Below, in pieces: positions 27,394 to 37,771 of a stretch of DNA of 64,000 nucleotides (position 1 is its first letter; each line of letters begins with the position of its first letter). Origin of the DNA: Candidatus Eiseniibacteriota bacterium (lineage in GTDB: Bacteria > Eisenbacteria > RBG-16-71-46 > JABDJR01); the NCBI GenBank assembly GCA_963783375.1, contig CAWANH010000001.1, positions 1 to 64,000 on the forward strand, given 5' to 3'. The notes under the pieces are model-generated. The model was not told where the DNA came from, searched no databases, and was given only the letters and a program-made list of their open reading frames with translations. The position numbers and the translations under genes are program-made.

Positions 27394-28878
27394 TCAGGAC
27401 CCAGCGTTCACCGATCCCGCGTCGGACCTACTCAGGGCGGCCTCGCCGGAGAGCGAGGCCGGGGCTTCCCCCCGGAGCTGATCCAGGTTGGCGCTTGCCC
27501 AGGCGTGGACGTCGTGGTTTCGCACCTGCTCGGCAAGGGCCCGGGTGCGGCGTAGCCGCTCGTCCCCGTTCATCTCCAGGGCGGACCGGATCCCCTCGGC
27601 CATGCCGTCCAGGTCGTAGGGGTTCACCAGGAGCGCTCCATTCAGAACCTCGCTGGCCCCGGCCAACTCGCTCAGGATGAGCACCACCGGCCGGTCGGCG
27701 TTGGTCATGAGGTACTCCATGGCCACCAGGTTCATGCCGTCCCGAAGCGGGGTGACCAGGCCGATGTCCGCGGCCCGGTAGTGGGCGGCCAGGCTCCGGG
27801 GCGGGAATGCCCGGTAGTAGTAGCGTACCGGAACGTAGCTGCCGCGGGCGAACCGGGCGTTGACCCGGCCCACCGTCTCGTCGATCTCCCGGCGCATTTC
27901 GCGGTACTCGGGAACCCGGGTCCGGCTGGGAACCGCGATCTGCAGCAGGCAGAACTCGCCCCGGAGCCAGGACTCGCGATCCAGGAGCCGCTCCACGGCC
28001 AGGATCCGTTCCAGGATCCCCTTGGAGTAGTCGAGCCGGTCCACGCCCAGGATGATGTGCCGGGTGCCGCAGAGCTCGCGGATCGCCTCCGCTTCCCTCT
28101 GGACCCGTGGGTCGGCGCCCGTCTGCTCCCAGGCCTCGGCGTCGACCCCGATCGGAATCGCTCCGATCTCCACTTCCCGGCCGCTCCAGGTCACCGCCCG
28201 ATTACCGGCCATGGTGGCCCCGAGGAGGCTCTGCACCGTGCCCCGGAAGGCGGAGGCGTAGCTCTCCAGGTGGAAGTTCACGAAGTCGGCGCCCAGCATC
28301 CCCGCGATCAGGTCCTCGTGATACGGGAGCGCCCGGAATACCTCGTAGCCGGGAAACGGAATGTGCCAGAAGAAGGAGATCCGGGCATCGGGTCGCTTGG
28401 CCCGGACCAGGGCGGGAACCGCGGAGAGCTGGTAGTCGTGCACCCAGATCTGGTCCTGGGGACGGGTATGCCGGATCACCGCGTCGGCGAAGATCTCGTT
28501 CACCTCCAGGTAGCCCAGGAGGTCCCGCCGCTGAAAATGCACCATGTTCGGGAAACCGTGGGCCAGGGGCCAGAGCACCCGGTTCGAGAAGCCGAGGTAA
28601 TGACGCTCGTGGAGGCGCGGGGGGATCTCCAGATGGACCACCTGGGTGCCGGGTTGCCCGGGGACGGCGAAAGGCGCGCCGGCCTCTTGCCCGGGAGGAG
28701 TCTCGCCGGCGGCGATCCACAGCCCCCCCTCCGCCTTGAGCGTCGGGTCCAGCGCGGCCACCAAACCGCCGGTTCCGAGCCGGAAGCGGGTCTCCCCCCG
28801 GCGTGTTTCCAGGGTCACCGGCCCCCGGTGGGAAACCACCACCAGACGCGGGTGACCTCTCTTCGACTTCGATTCCAT
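27394..28878 (-). CDS. otsA: Trehalose-6-phosphate synthase (GT20)
   Basis: GGLVAAL, GFSNRVLWP, WVHDYQL, FFWHIPFP, GVDRLDYSKGI, TPLRDGMNLVAMEY. Confidence 0.93.
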   Translation of the reverse strand: MESKSKRGHPRLVVVSHRGPVTLETRRGETRFRLGTGGLVAALDPTLKAEGGLWIAAGETPPGQEAGAPFAVPGQPGTQVVHLEIPPRLHERHYLGFSNRVLWPLAHGFPNMVHFQRRDLLGYLEVNEIFADAVIRHTRPQDQIWVHDYQLSAVPALVRAKRPDARISFFWHIPFPGYEVFRALPYHEDLIAGMLGADFVNFHLESYASAFRGTVQSLLGATMAGNRAVTWSGREVEIGAIPIGVDAEAWEQTGADPRVQREAEAIRELCGTRHIILGVDRLDYSKGILERILAVERLLDRESWLRGEFCLLQIAVPSRTRVPEYREMRREIDETVGRVNARFARGSYVPVRYYYRAFPPRSLAAHYRAADIGLVTPLRDGMNLVAMEYLMTNADRPVVLILSELAGASEVLNGALLVNPYDLDGMAEGIRSALEMNGDERLRRTRALAEQVRNHDVHAWASANLDQLRGEAPASLSGEAALSRSDAGSVNAGS

Positions 28879-29097
28879 GAACCGCCCTCCGGCCGATCAA
28901 TCGATTGGAAATCCCCGACCGCGATTGGTACCAATTGGCCATACCCGATGCAAAGCGTCAACATCCGTATGATGCTTTTCCTACCCTACAGGATGGTGGC
29001 GAAACGCGCAAACCGCGCGCCCTTCGCTCCGAACGCGGTATGCTAGAATCTCGCCGCGCGAGGGGATATCCGGGCCGTTTCACCCAGCGAGGACAGG

Positions 29098-29661
29098 TTG
29101 AAAGTCGCTTTCATCGGAACCCACGGAGTGGGAAAGACCACCCTCTGCTTCGATCTCGCCGCGAGGATCAAGCGGATGGACTACTCCGTGGACCTGGTGA
29201 AGGAGGTCGCGCGGGACTGCCCCCTCCCCATCAACCGCGACACCACCCTGGCCGCCCAGTCCTGGATCCTGTTCACCCAGCTCGCCCGGGAGCTGGCCTC
29301 GGCCGAGCGGCACGATGTGGTGGTCTGCGACCGCTCCCTCCTCGACAACTATGCCTACCTGGTCCACCGGATGGGCCGCCGGAAGGAGCTGGAGCCCCTG
29401 ATCGCGGCCTGGCTCCCCGGGTACAGCGCCCTGGTCAAGGTCCCCATCTGGCAGTTGCCGAGCTTCGACGGGGTCCGCGACGTGAATACCGGATTCCAGC
29501 ACGAGATCGACGCGGCCATCGACACGTTGATCGCCGACTTCGGGGTGCCGGTGCTCCGGCTCTCCCCGGAGCGCCAGTCCACCTGGACCGAGACGGTGGT
29601 GGCGCACCTCGATCTATCCCGGCGTTCCGAGCAGGTGCCCCTGTTCCCGGAGGAATCATGA
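29098..29661 (+). CDS. AAA_28 / NadR-type P-loop kinase-like protein
   Basis: [35 protein letters not shown]. Confidence 0.8.
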   Translation: MKVAFIGTHGVGKTTLCFDLAARIKRMDYSVDLVKEVARDCPLPINRDTTLAAQSWILFTQLARELASAERHDVVVCDRSLLDNYAYLVHRMGRRKELEPLIAAWLPGYSALVKVPIWQLPSFDGVRDVNTGFQHEIDAAIDTLIADFGVPVLRLSPERQSTWTETVVAHLDLSRRSEQVPLFPEES

Positions 29662-30806
29662 CCGACCACGACAAGAAGCGCGGGTTCCTGGGGGGCGCGC
29701 GCATCCAGCCCCGGCCGGTGACCGGCGACATGACCGCCGCCGACCTCATCGACGCCTCGTTCCTGGCCTACAACGCGGGCCGTCTCCAGCAGGCGGCGCG
29801 ACTGTTCGTGGACAAGTGCCTGGACCCCGACGTCACCGTGGGCATGAGCGTGGCCGGGGCCCTGAGCCCGGCCGGGGTCTCGCTCTCGAGCCTCATACCC
29901 CTGGTCAAGGCGGGGTTCGTGGACTGGATCGTCTCCACCGGAGCGAACCTCTACCACGACGCCCACTTCGGCCTGGGGCTGGCGCTCCACCGCGGGAGCC
30001 ACACCCTGGACGACCGCGAGCTGTTCGAGGCCGGGGTCATCCGCATCTACGACGTGCTCTTCGACTACGAGGTGCTGCTCAAGACCGACAGCTTCATCCG
30101 CGAGGTCATGAAAAGCCCCGAGTTCCACCGCGCCATGGGGACGGCGGAGTTCCACCACCTCCTGGGAAAGCACCTGGCCGAACGCGAGAACCGGCTCGGG
30201 GTCATCGACACCTGCCTCCTCACCGTGGCCTACCGGGCCGGCGTCCCCTGCTACGTCTCCTCCCCCGGCGACTCCTCGATCGGGATGAACGTGGCCGAGA
30301 TGGCGCTCCGGAGCGAGGGGCCGACCATCGACGTGAGCCGCGACGTGAACGAGACCGCGGCCATCGTATACGCGGCCAAGCAGAGCGGGCGGAGCGCGGT
30401 GCTGCTGCTGGGCGGAGGCTCCCCCAAGAACTTCGTGCTCCAGACCGAGCCCCAGATCCAGGAGGTGCTCGGCCTTCCCAACAACGGCCACGACTATTTC
30501 ATCCAGATCACCGACGCCCGTCCCGACACCGGGGGCCTCTCCGGGGCCACCCCGGCCGAGGCCGTCTCCTGGGGCAAGGTCGATCCGGAGAAGCTCCCGG
30601 ACACCGTCGTGGTCTACACCGACTCCACCATCGGGGCCCCGCTCCTCACCGCCTACGCCCTGGCCCGCCACGAGCCGCGGCCCCTGAAGCGGCTCTACGA
30701 CCGCCGGGACGCCCTCTACGCCTCGCTTCGCGACGACTTCATGGCCGTCCGGCGGAACCCCGAGGACATCCGGGGCACCCGGGAGGAAGTGCGGCCGAAG
30801 CCGTAG
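29658..30806 (+). CDS. Deoxyhypusine synthase-like protein (SpeY-type homospermidine synthase)
   Basis: [42 protein letters not shown]. Confidence 0.88.
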   Translation: MTDHDKKRGFLGGARIQPRPVTGDMTAADLIDASFLAYNAGRLQQAARLFVDKCLDPDVTVGMSVAGALSPAGVSLSSLIPLVKAGFVDWIVSTGANLYHDAHFGLGLALHRGSHTLDDRELFEAGVIRIYDVLFDYEVLLKTDSFIREVMKSPEFHRAMGTAEFHHLLGKHLAERENRLGVIDTCLLTVAYRAGVPCYVSSPGDSSIGMNVAEMALRSEGPTIDVSRDVNETAAIVYAAKQSGRSAVLLLGGGSPKNFVLQTEPQIQEVLGLPNNGHDYFIQITDARPDTGGLSGATPAEAVSWGKVDPEKLPDTVVVYTDSTIGAPLLTAYALARHEPRPLKRLYDRRDALYASLRDDFMAVRRNPEDIRGTREEVRPKP

Positions 30807-30861
30807 GCCGGCTCGCGCGCGCCGGGGCCGGTCCCGCCGTGTTTGCTCCCGAGGCTCCTCG

Positions 30862-32004
30862 CTACGGCAGGAACTTCTCCGGATGGGCCAGCTTCTCCGG
30901 CAGGTAGGTGTCGATCACGTAGTTCAGGCCGTGCTTGGCCAGGGCCTGCTGCTCCGCGCGGACCCCCATGGAGATGAGCTTCAACAGGGCCCGCTGCCAG
31001 TCCCGGTGGTGCTGGACGAAGGGATCGTTCTTGATGGCGTCCCGGGCGCGCTTGACGTCGATCTCGGTCAGGGGATGGGTGGGGAGCTCGTAGTCGGTGA
31101 TGTCCGCGGGGGTCACCCCCAGGAACCGGGCCTGGGGAACGCAGAAGTACTCGTTCAGGTGCGCGGCGTTCCCCGAGCCGACCTTCAAGGTCCGGTAGAT
31201 GTTCATGAATCCATAGGGGTCGCCGTCCACGAAGACGTAGACCGGGATCTTCTTCTCGTCGGCCAGCCGGCGGATGAAGCGGCGGCAGGCCCGGGTGGGC
31301 ACGCCCCCCATGGACACCAGGATGCAGTTGGCGGTCTTCCAGTAGTTGTGTTTCACCAGGCGCTGGAACATGGCCGAAGTCTCGATCACCAGGATGAAGG
31401 ACGCCTTGGTCTCGAACCCCAGGTGCTCCACGGAAATGGGGATCGAGTAGGCCCCGCTCCCGAACCGGGTGCAGTCGATCTTGAGGGTGGCCCCGGTGTC
31501 CCGGTCCCGGTCCACCACCACCAGCTGGCCGGCCACGTCGCCGCCCTTCTCCTCCGGAATGAAGCCGAGCTGCTCCCGGTTCACCGAGAACAAAGCCTCG
31601 AGGTCGTCCATCACCGTGTCCGACTCCGGCTGCTCCACGAACCGGGCATCCCCCCAGTTCTTGCTCACGTAGTAGGCCTCCCGCTTGGAGGCGATGTCGT
31701 CCTGCTCCACCAGCTCCTTGGAGAGGGACATCATTCGCAAGGTCTGCGCGAAGGTCTTGACCGTGTTCACGGTCAGGGTCCGTTCCTTGGACTTCCCCTT
31801 CATCTCGAAGTGGCCCTTCTTGACCGAGTACTTCACGTTGGCCAGGGCTCGCAGCGGGAGGTGGAGCGCGGGTTTTCCCCGCTTCAGGATCTTGGTCTCG
31901 ATGTCCCGGGCTTCCCGGGTGATGAGCCCCACCGTGTCCTTGATCGCGCCATTGGCCGGCGCTCTCCGCGCCGCCTTCTTCTTGGTCGTCTTCTTCTTGG
32001 CCAC
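30862..32004 (-). CDS. top6A: DNA topoisomerase VI subunit A
   Basis: SKREAYY (catalytic Tyr), FVEQPESD, TOPRIM ILVIE...GGVP...VFVDGDPYG, AEQQAL. Confidence 0.93.
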   Translation of the reverse strand: MAKKKTTKKKAARRAPANGAIKDTVGLITREARDIETKILKRGKPALHLPLRALANVKYSVKKGHFEMKGKSKERTLTVNTVKTFAQTLRMMSLSKELVEQDDIASKREAYYVSKNWGDARFVEQPESDTVMDDLEALFSVNREQLGFIPEEKGGDVAGQLVVVDRDRDTGATLKIDCTRFGSGAYSIPISVEHLGFETKASFILVIETSAMFQRLVKHNYWKTANCILVSMGGVPTRACRRFIRRLADEKKIPVYVFVDGDPYGFMNIYRTLKVGSGNAAHLNEYFCVPQARFLGVTPADITDYELPTHPLTEIDVKRARDAIKNDPFVQHHRDWQRALLKLISMGVRAEQQALAKHGLNYVIDTYLPEKLAHPEKFLP

Positions 32005-32017
32005 CTAATCCTCCAGG

Positions 32018-32650
32018 TCAGTCCAGGGTCCGGAGCACCGCCCGGACCGGCGAGCTGTCCACCTCGGTCATGCGGAGCGGGAGCGCGATCAGCTCGTAGT
32101 CCCCCGCCTCCGCCAGCGACAGATCCAGTCCCTCCAGGTTCCGCATGCCGAGGCTCAAGAGCGCGTTATGGGCCGGAAGCTCCTTGGATTCGAAGGGGTC
32201 CACCGAAGGGGTGTCGATCCCCACCAGCACCACCCCCGTCTTTCCCAGCCGCCGGAGAAGGGCCGGATCGAAGTACGCGAAGCCGTCGTTCCAGCTCCGG
32301 TAATCCGGGAAGGTCCCGGTCTTGAACAGGAGCCGCTCCCGGCCACCGAGATCCACCCCGAAGAGCGCCTCCTCGTCGATCACCGCCGACCCGGTCACGT
32401 CCACCACGCGGCAGATTCCCAGGTAGGGTTCCAGGTCCACCTCCCCGATCCCGTCCCCGTCGTGCAGGAAGTGGAGGGGGCCGTCGGCGTGCGCTCCCAC
32501 GTGCGGCGTGGTGGTGATCGAGGCCACGTTGGCGGAGGCGCCCTCCTCCATCCGCGACACCCACTCCACCTGGAAGTCCGTGTCCCCGGGCCAGACCGAG
32601 ATCGCGGTCGAGACCGGCGGGCTGATGTCGATGATCCGCCCCATGGTCAC
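32018..32650 (-). CDS. kynB: Kynurenine formamidase (cyclase family)
   Basis: IIDISPP, VWPGD, HVGAHADGPLHF, VGIDTPSVDP, LEGLDL, YELIALPL, SPVRAVL. Confidence 0.88.
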   Translation of the reverse strand: MTMGRIIDISPPVSTAISVWPGDTDFQVEWVSRMEEGASANVASITTTPHVGAHADGPLHFLHDGDGIGEVDLEPYLGICRVVDVTGSAVIDEEALFGVDLGGRERLLFKTGTFPDYRSWNDGFAYFDPALLRRLGKTGVVLVGIDTPSVDPFESKELPAHNALLSLGMRNLEGLDLSLAEAGDYELIALPLRMTEVDSSPVRAVLRTLD

Positions 32651-33840
32651 TTTCCCTTCACGATCGCCGCCGCCGCGTCCACGAACCGGCGCACTTCCTC
32701 CCGGGTGTTGTAGAAGTGCGGCCCCACCCGGACCCCGGCCCGGGGCCGGGCGTCCACCAGGATCTCGCGCTCAGCCAGGCGACGCACCAGCGAGTCGGCC
32801 TCGGGGAGGTCCAGGGTCACCGAACCTCCGCGCCGCTCGGGCTCCGACGGAGTCACCACCCGCCAGCCGAGGCTCCGCGCCGACTCGATCAGGTACCCGG
32901 TGAGTTCCAGGGACCGCGCTCGGATGGCGGGAAGGCCCACCTTGGCGATCACGTCGTAGCCGGCCCGGGCGGCGTGGAGGGCGGGAACGTGAGGGGTCCC
33001 GCCCAGGAACCGCCACGATCCTTCTCCCCGGAAGTCCTGGTCGCCGGCCTCGAAGGCGAACGGGCGCCGGTGGGCCATCCAGCCGGTCAGCCGGGGGCGA
33101 AGCTCGGTGGCCAGCCCCGGCCGGACGAAGAGGTAGCCCACCCCGGGGCCGCCGAGGAGGAACTTGACCGAGCCCCCCACCGCGAGGTCCACCCCGGATC
33201 CGACCAGGTTCAACGGCACCGTCCCCCCGGCCTGGTAGGCGTCGACCACCAGGAGCGCGCCCACCTCCCGGCATCGCTCGGCCAGCGGTACCAGGTCCAC
33301 CAGCTCCGCCGAGTGGTAGACCACCGCCGAGACCACCGCAAGCTTCGTACGCTCGTCGATGGCCGCGATCATCGCCTCGTAGGGATACGCGCGATCCGGG
33401 GATTCCACCCGGACCGGCTCCCCCCCGATCCGCGCCAGCTCGCGGAGCTGGTACTGGACGGAGGGGAACTCCACGTCGGCGTAGACCACCTTCCTGCGCT
33501 CGCCCTCGAACTCGAAGCAGGAGAGCGCCACCGCCAGGGCCACGGCCACGTTCTGGTGAAGGCTCACCGTCCCCACCGGAGCGCCGACCAGGGGCGCGAG
33601 TTCGTCCCCCACCTCGGAGGCCAGGTCCCACCAGCCCTCCTCCCACGCCCGCACCCCGCGCGAGGCCCAGGCCTCGGTGTACCGGTTCAAGGCCTCCCGC
33701 GCCCCCCAGGGCATCGCCCCCAGGGAATGGGTCACCAGGTAGGTGGTGGTGGAGAGGATGGGAAACTGCCCGCGCCAGTAGGTGAGGTCCGCGTCGCTCA
33801 GACGGGCGGTCGGGATGGGGTTTGATTTGACCGCTCCCAT
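32647..33840 (-). CDS. kynU: Kynureninase (PLP-dependent, class V fold)
   Basis: YLVTHSLGAMP, GVRAWEEGWW, VDAYQAGG, GGSVKFLLGGPG, TGWMAH; overlaps kynB. Confidence 0.85.
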   Translation of the reverse strand: MGAVKSNPIPTARLSDADLTYWRGQFPILSTTTYLVTHSLGAMPWGAREALNRYTEAWASRGVRAWEEGWWDLASEVGDELAPLVGAPVGTVSLHQNVAVALAVALSCFEFEGERRKVVYADVEFPSVQYQLRELARIGGEPVRVESPDRAYPYEAMIAAIDERTKLAVVSAVVYHSAELVDLVPLAERCREVGALLVVDAYQAGGTVPLNLVGSGVDLAVGGSVKFLLGGPGVGYLFVRPGLATELRPRLTGWMAHRRPFAFEAGDQDFRGEGSWRFLGGTPHVPALHAARAGYDVIAKVGLPAIRARSLELTGYLIESARSLGWRVVTPSEPERRGGSVTLDLPEADSLVRRLAEREILVDARPRAGVRVGPHFYNTREEVRRFVDAAAAIVKGK

Positions 33841-33939
33841 GACGTCACTCTCGCTTTCCGCGCATCGGTGCGCCGCTTCCGAGGCCGCGACCGACGCGCA
33901 CCGGAGTCCGGCCCGGGCAGGCGGCACGCCGCGCGCCCC

Positions 33940-35964
33940 CTACTCCATCTTCCGCGACTTCTCCAGGGTGTCCTTCAGGGTCTCCACCACCCGGGCCTCC
34001 TCCTGGTCGGAGAGATCCAGGATCTCCTTCAGGGCGATCCCGATGTGGGGGATGTACTTCTCGATGTAGGAGCGCTTCCGCTCCGCCTCCCGCTCCCGCT
34101 GCCCGCGGCGGATGAAGGTGCCCAGCCGCCGCCCGCACTCCTGGATGGCCAGCTTGATCTCCTTCAGGATCTCGGGGTAGTGGGCGATGGCCTCCTTGGA
34201 TTCGCTGGTGAAGGGAACCCACGCCGAGGCGATGTGCACCATGAGCACGATCGGGCCGATGGGGATCGAGCCCTTCGACTGCTGCACCCCGTAGCTCCGC
34301 CACGAGGTGCCGATCACCGCCTTGGTCACCGCGCAGGCTCCCTGCTGGTAGAGGAGCGGCACGCGGTTGGCGTAGCGGTAGAGGGTGATCGGCTCGTCGG
34401 CGGCGAGCTTCCCGCCGTAAGCCAGGGCCACCTCGACCTGGAACGGGTTCCCCCGGTAGACCGCGGGGCTCCGGGTGCTGGCGGTGTAGAAGGCGGCCTG
34501 GACCTCGGTCTTGAGTCCGGCGATCAGGAGATCCTCCCCGATCGGGGAGAGGCAGTTGGTGGGCGGGGCCATGATCCTGGTCTGGTTCACCGCCTTGAAC
34601 AGCGCCTCCACGTCGTTCCGGTGAACCTTCCGGGGCGAGGCGGTCTCGCGGATCTTCGCCTTGGCCAGGATGTCCGACGCCACCCGGGCGCTCACCCGCG
34701 AGAACTCGGAGGTGAGGAAGCCCTTCACGTTCCTGGATTTGGTCTCGGCCAGCATCTTCATGAGCATCCCCAGCTCGATCCCGTGGGGATGGGGCTTGAT
34801 CTCCATCGGCTCCTTGGGGAGCTCTTCGGCGGCGCGCGCGTAGACCACCGGCTCGTCCTTGGGGGGCCGGTACTCCAGGCGCAGGTGCGGGTTGGCCAGG
34901 CCGGTCTGCTGGAGGTAGGCGTCCACCGAGCGGGGCCCCTTCCGGTAGGTGGCCTCGAGCTCGATCTCCACCCGGGTCCCGTGCGGCACGCCGTTCCAGT
35001 CCACTTCCCGGTCCACCGCCACCACCGGCGCGTTCTTCCGGGTGTCGATCTGGATCTCGAAGTGGTGGGCGGGCTTGTTGGCGGCGATCCGGCTGGTGAT
35101 CACGACCGGATGTCCGGTGGTGATCTGACCGTACATCCCCGCGGCGGAGATCCCGATCCCCTGCTGGCCCCGGGACTGGCGAAGCCGGTGGAACTTCGAG
35201 CCGTAGAGGAGCTGGCCGAAGATGCGCGGCACCTGGGCCTTGACGATGCCGGGGCCGTTGTCCTCGATCGCCACCCGGAATCGGTCCTCGGCCAACTGGT
35301 GGATCTCCACCCGGATGTCGGGAAGGATTCCCGCCTCCTCGCAGGCGTCGAGGGAGTTGTCCACCGCCTCCTTTATCGTGGTGAGGAGCGCCTTGGCCGG
35401 ATTGTCGAATCCCAGGAGATGACGGTTCTTGGAGAAGAACTCGCTCACCGAGATCTCGCGCTGCTTCTTGGCCATCGACGCCGCGGTGGCCGGGGCGCTT
35501 CGTCGCGCCCGTCCCCGCCGGGACGGCGCGCCCCCGTTCTCCGGCCCCGCCGGTTCCGGGATCCCGGCCGGACCCTGGTCGATCGAAACCGCGTCCGGCG
35601 TCCCCGTCGCCGCGTCGGCGGCGGCGGGATCGAAGAGAAGCTCTTCCTGATCCGCGGTCTTGCCGCGCTTCCGACGGCGGACGCCCTTCACCTGGGTGTC
35701 GGTGGTGCTCACGCTCTGCCTGCCCTCCTTCGCTGATCCCCGCCCGGCCGCGCGGTTCCCTCCCGCGGCCCGCCTCTTCCCGCCGCCCCCCGTTTTCGCG
35801 GGGCGCGCCCCCCCCGCCTTCTTCTTGGCCGCCTTCGCCGGCTTCGTCGCCTTCCCCCGTTTCGTCGTCTTCGCCCCCGCCCCCGACGCGCGCCGGCCCG
35901 AGTCACGCTGCTTCGGTCCCCGGCCCGAGGCGGGGCTCTTCCGGGTCGTCTTCTTCTTGGCCAT
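33940..35964 (-). CDS. top6B: DNA topoisomerase VI subunit B with a long basic N-terminal extension
   Basis: [61 protein letters not shown]. The conserved core starts at ~35475; ATG 35964 is supported by an upstream promoter. Confidence 0.93.
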   Translation of the reverse strand: MAKKKTTRKSPASGRGPKQRDSGRRASGAGAKTTKRGKATKPAKAAKKKAGGARPAKTGGGGKRRAAGGNRAAGRGSAKEGRQSVSTTDTQVKGVRRRKRGKTADQEELLFDPAAADAATGTPDAVSIDQGPAGIPEPAGPENGGAPSRRGRARRSAPATAASMAKKQREISVSEFFSKNRHLLGFDNPAKALLTTIKEAVDNSLDACEEAGILPDIRVEIHQLAEDRFRVAIEDNGPGIVKAQVPRIFGQLLYGSKFHRLRQSRGQQGIGISAAGMYGQITTGHPVVITSRIAANKPAHHFEIQIDTRKNAPVVAVDREVDWNGVPHGTRVEIELEATYRKGPRSVDAYLQQTGLANPHLRLEYRPPKDEPVVYARAAEELPKEPMEIKPHPHGIELGMLMKMLAETKSRNVKGFLTSEFSRVSARVASDILAKAKIRETASPRKVHRNDVEALFKAVNQTRIMAPPTNCLSPIGEDLLIAGLKTEVQAAFYTASTRSPAVYRGNPFQVEVALAYGGKLAADEPITLYRYANRVPLLYQQGACAVTKAVIGTSWRSYGVQQSKGSIPIGPIVLMVHIASAWVPFTSESKEAIAHYPEILKEIKLAIQECGRRLGTFIRRGQREREAERKRSYIEKYIPHIGIALKEILDLSDQEEARVVETLKDTLEKSRKME

Positions 35965-36080
35965 GGTCCTGTCGTGGTGAAGGTGAAACCGTGTCGCGGG
36001 ATCGGACGCCGACCGATCCCCTCCGGATCGTCCGGCCTCCGGGGGTCGGGCGGGCTGGCGGCGCCCCCGGCGCCGGCACC

Positions 36081-36110
36081 AATGTATCGACGCGCTCGAA
36101 GCGTTGTCAA
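36081..36110 (-). promoter_or_regulatory. Sigma-70 promoter for the top6B operon
   Basis: TTGACA-N18-TACATT. Confidence 0.6.
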
Positions 36111-36160
36111 CGACGCTCGCCTTCGTTCGACCTTCGCCGGCGGCCCGCGCCCGCGGTTCG

Positions 36161-36189
36161 TTGACGCTCCCCTCCCGATTTGACATAGT
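36161..36189 (+). promoter_or_regulatory. Sigma-70 promoter for the M16 peptidase pair
   Basis: TTGACG-N17-CATAGT with an extended -10 TG. Confidence 0.5.
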
Positions 36190-36223
36190 CCCCTGACCCC
36201 CGCACGACGAGTTGGAGTCCGAC

Positions 36224-37771
36224 ATGAGACAAATCGCCTTCTCCCGCGCCGTGGCCGCTTCGCTCCTCACCGCGCTTGCCGCGGTCAGTCTCGCGCCGCC
36301 GGTATCCGGGGCCCCGAACCCGGACACTCCGCTCCGGGTCCACGTGGAGCGACACCGGCTGGCCAACGGCATGACCTTCCTCCTGGTGCCCGAGACCGCC
36401 ACCCCCATCGTCTACTCCTTCCTCTACGTGGACGTGGGCTCGGTGGACGAGGAGCCGGGGATCACCGGGACCTCCCACGTGCTCGAGCACATGATGTTCA
36501 AGGGGACGACCGAGATCGGGACCACCGACCTGGCCGCCGAGACCCGCATCATGGCCCGGGTGGACTCGACCATGGCGGACTCCTTCCGGCTCCGCGATCG
36601 CGACCTCCGCGGCCTCGGGGGGGCGGACACCGGGGCGCTGGCGGAGCTCCGCGCCCGGGCCGACTCGCTGGAGCTGGCCGCCCGCGGGGTCACCGTCCAG
36701 AACGACCTGGACGTGGTGACCAGCAAGCTCGGGTTCTCCGGCCTCAACGCCTTCACCTCCGAGGATCAGACCGTCTATTTCGAGAGCTTTCCCCCCAACC
36801 TCTTCGAGGTCTGGGCCTGGTTCGAGTCGGCCCGGATCGCCCATCCGGTGTTCCGCGAGTTCTACTCCGAGCGGGACGTGGTCATGGAGGAGCGGCGGCG
36901 CTCCTACGACACCGACCCCGACGGCGCCCTCTACACCGCGCTCATCGCCACCGCCTACGCCGCCCATCCCTACCGCTGGTCGGCCATCGGCTGGCAGAGC
37001 GATCTGGAGCGTCTGGAGCGCAAGGAGGTCCGGCGCTACTTCGAGGAGCACTACGCGCCCAACCACCTCACCATGGTGGTGGTGGGGAACCTCGACCCGG
37101 CCCGCGTCATGGAGCTGGCCGAACGCTACTTCGGACCGATTCCCCCGTCCGGGCCGGCCCACGTGGTGACCACCGTCGAGCCGCCCCAGACCGGCCCCAA
37201 GCGGGTGGAGGTGGAGTTCGACGCCACCCCGCGACTTTCGATGGGATTCCACACCGGCGCCCTCACCGACTCCGACCGGGTGGTGGTCGAGGTGATCGAC
37301 GGGCTGTTGACCGGAGGCCGCACCTCGCGTCTCTACCGCTCCCTGGTTCTCGATCGGAAGCTCGCCGCCGGCGTGAGCTCCGGGATCCGCGGGGACAAGT
37401 ACCCGGGACTCTTCATGGTGGACACCGCGCCGCTCGAACCGGGAAAGCTCGACAGCCTCCGGACCGCGCTCGAGGCCGAGCTCGCGCGGATGGCCACCGC
37501 CCCCCCCACCGACCGGGAACTCGACAAGGTCAAGATCCAGCTCGAGGCCGATCTCATGCGCTCCCTCCAGAACCCCACCCGCTTGGCCCTGAACCTGGCC
37601 AGCTACGAGGTCCTGACCGGGTCCTGGGAAAACCTGGAGAAGGCCTACCGGGCCCGGATGGCGGTCACCCCGGAGGACGTCCGGCGGGTGGCCCGCGCGC
37701 TCTTCGATCCCCGGAACCGGACCGTCGCCGAGCTCCAGCCCGCCGGCGCTCCCGCGGAGGTGGCCCGATGA
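36224..37771 (+). CDS. M16 family zinc peptidase, catalytic subunit
   Basis: Signal peptide, [18 protein letters not shown] (HxxEH), [19 protein letters not shown]. Confidence 0.92.
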   Translation: MRQIAFSRAVAASLLTALAAVSLAPPVSGAPNPDTPLRVHVERHRLANGMTFLLVPETATPIVYSFLYVDVGSVDEEPGITGTSHVLEHMMFKGTTEIGTTDLAAETRIMARVDSTMADSFRLRDRDLRGLGGADTGALAELRARADSLELAARGVTVQNDLDVVTSKLGFSGLNAFTSEDQTVYFESFPPNLFEVWAWFESARIAHPVFREFYSERDVVMEERRRSYDTDPDGALYTALIATAYAAHPYRWSAIGWQSDLERLERKEVRRYFEEHYAPNHLTMVVVGNLDPARVMELAERYFGPIPPSGPAHVVTTVEPPQTGPKRVEVEFDATPRLSMGFHTGALTDSDRVVVEVIDGLLTGGRTSRLYRSLVLDRKLAAGVSSGIRGDKYPGLFMVDTAPLEPGKLDSLRTALEAELARMATAPPTDRELDKVKIQLEADLMRSLQNPTRLALNLASYEVLTGSWENLEKAYRARMAVTPEDVRRVARALFDPRNRTVAELQPAGAPAEVAR

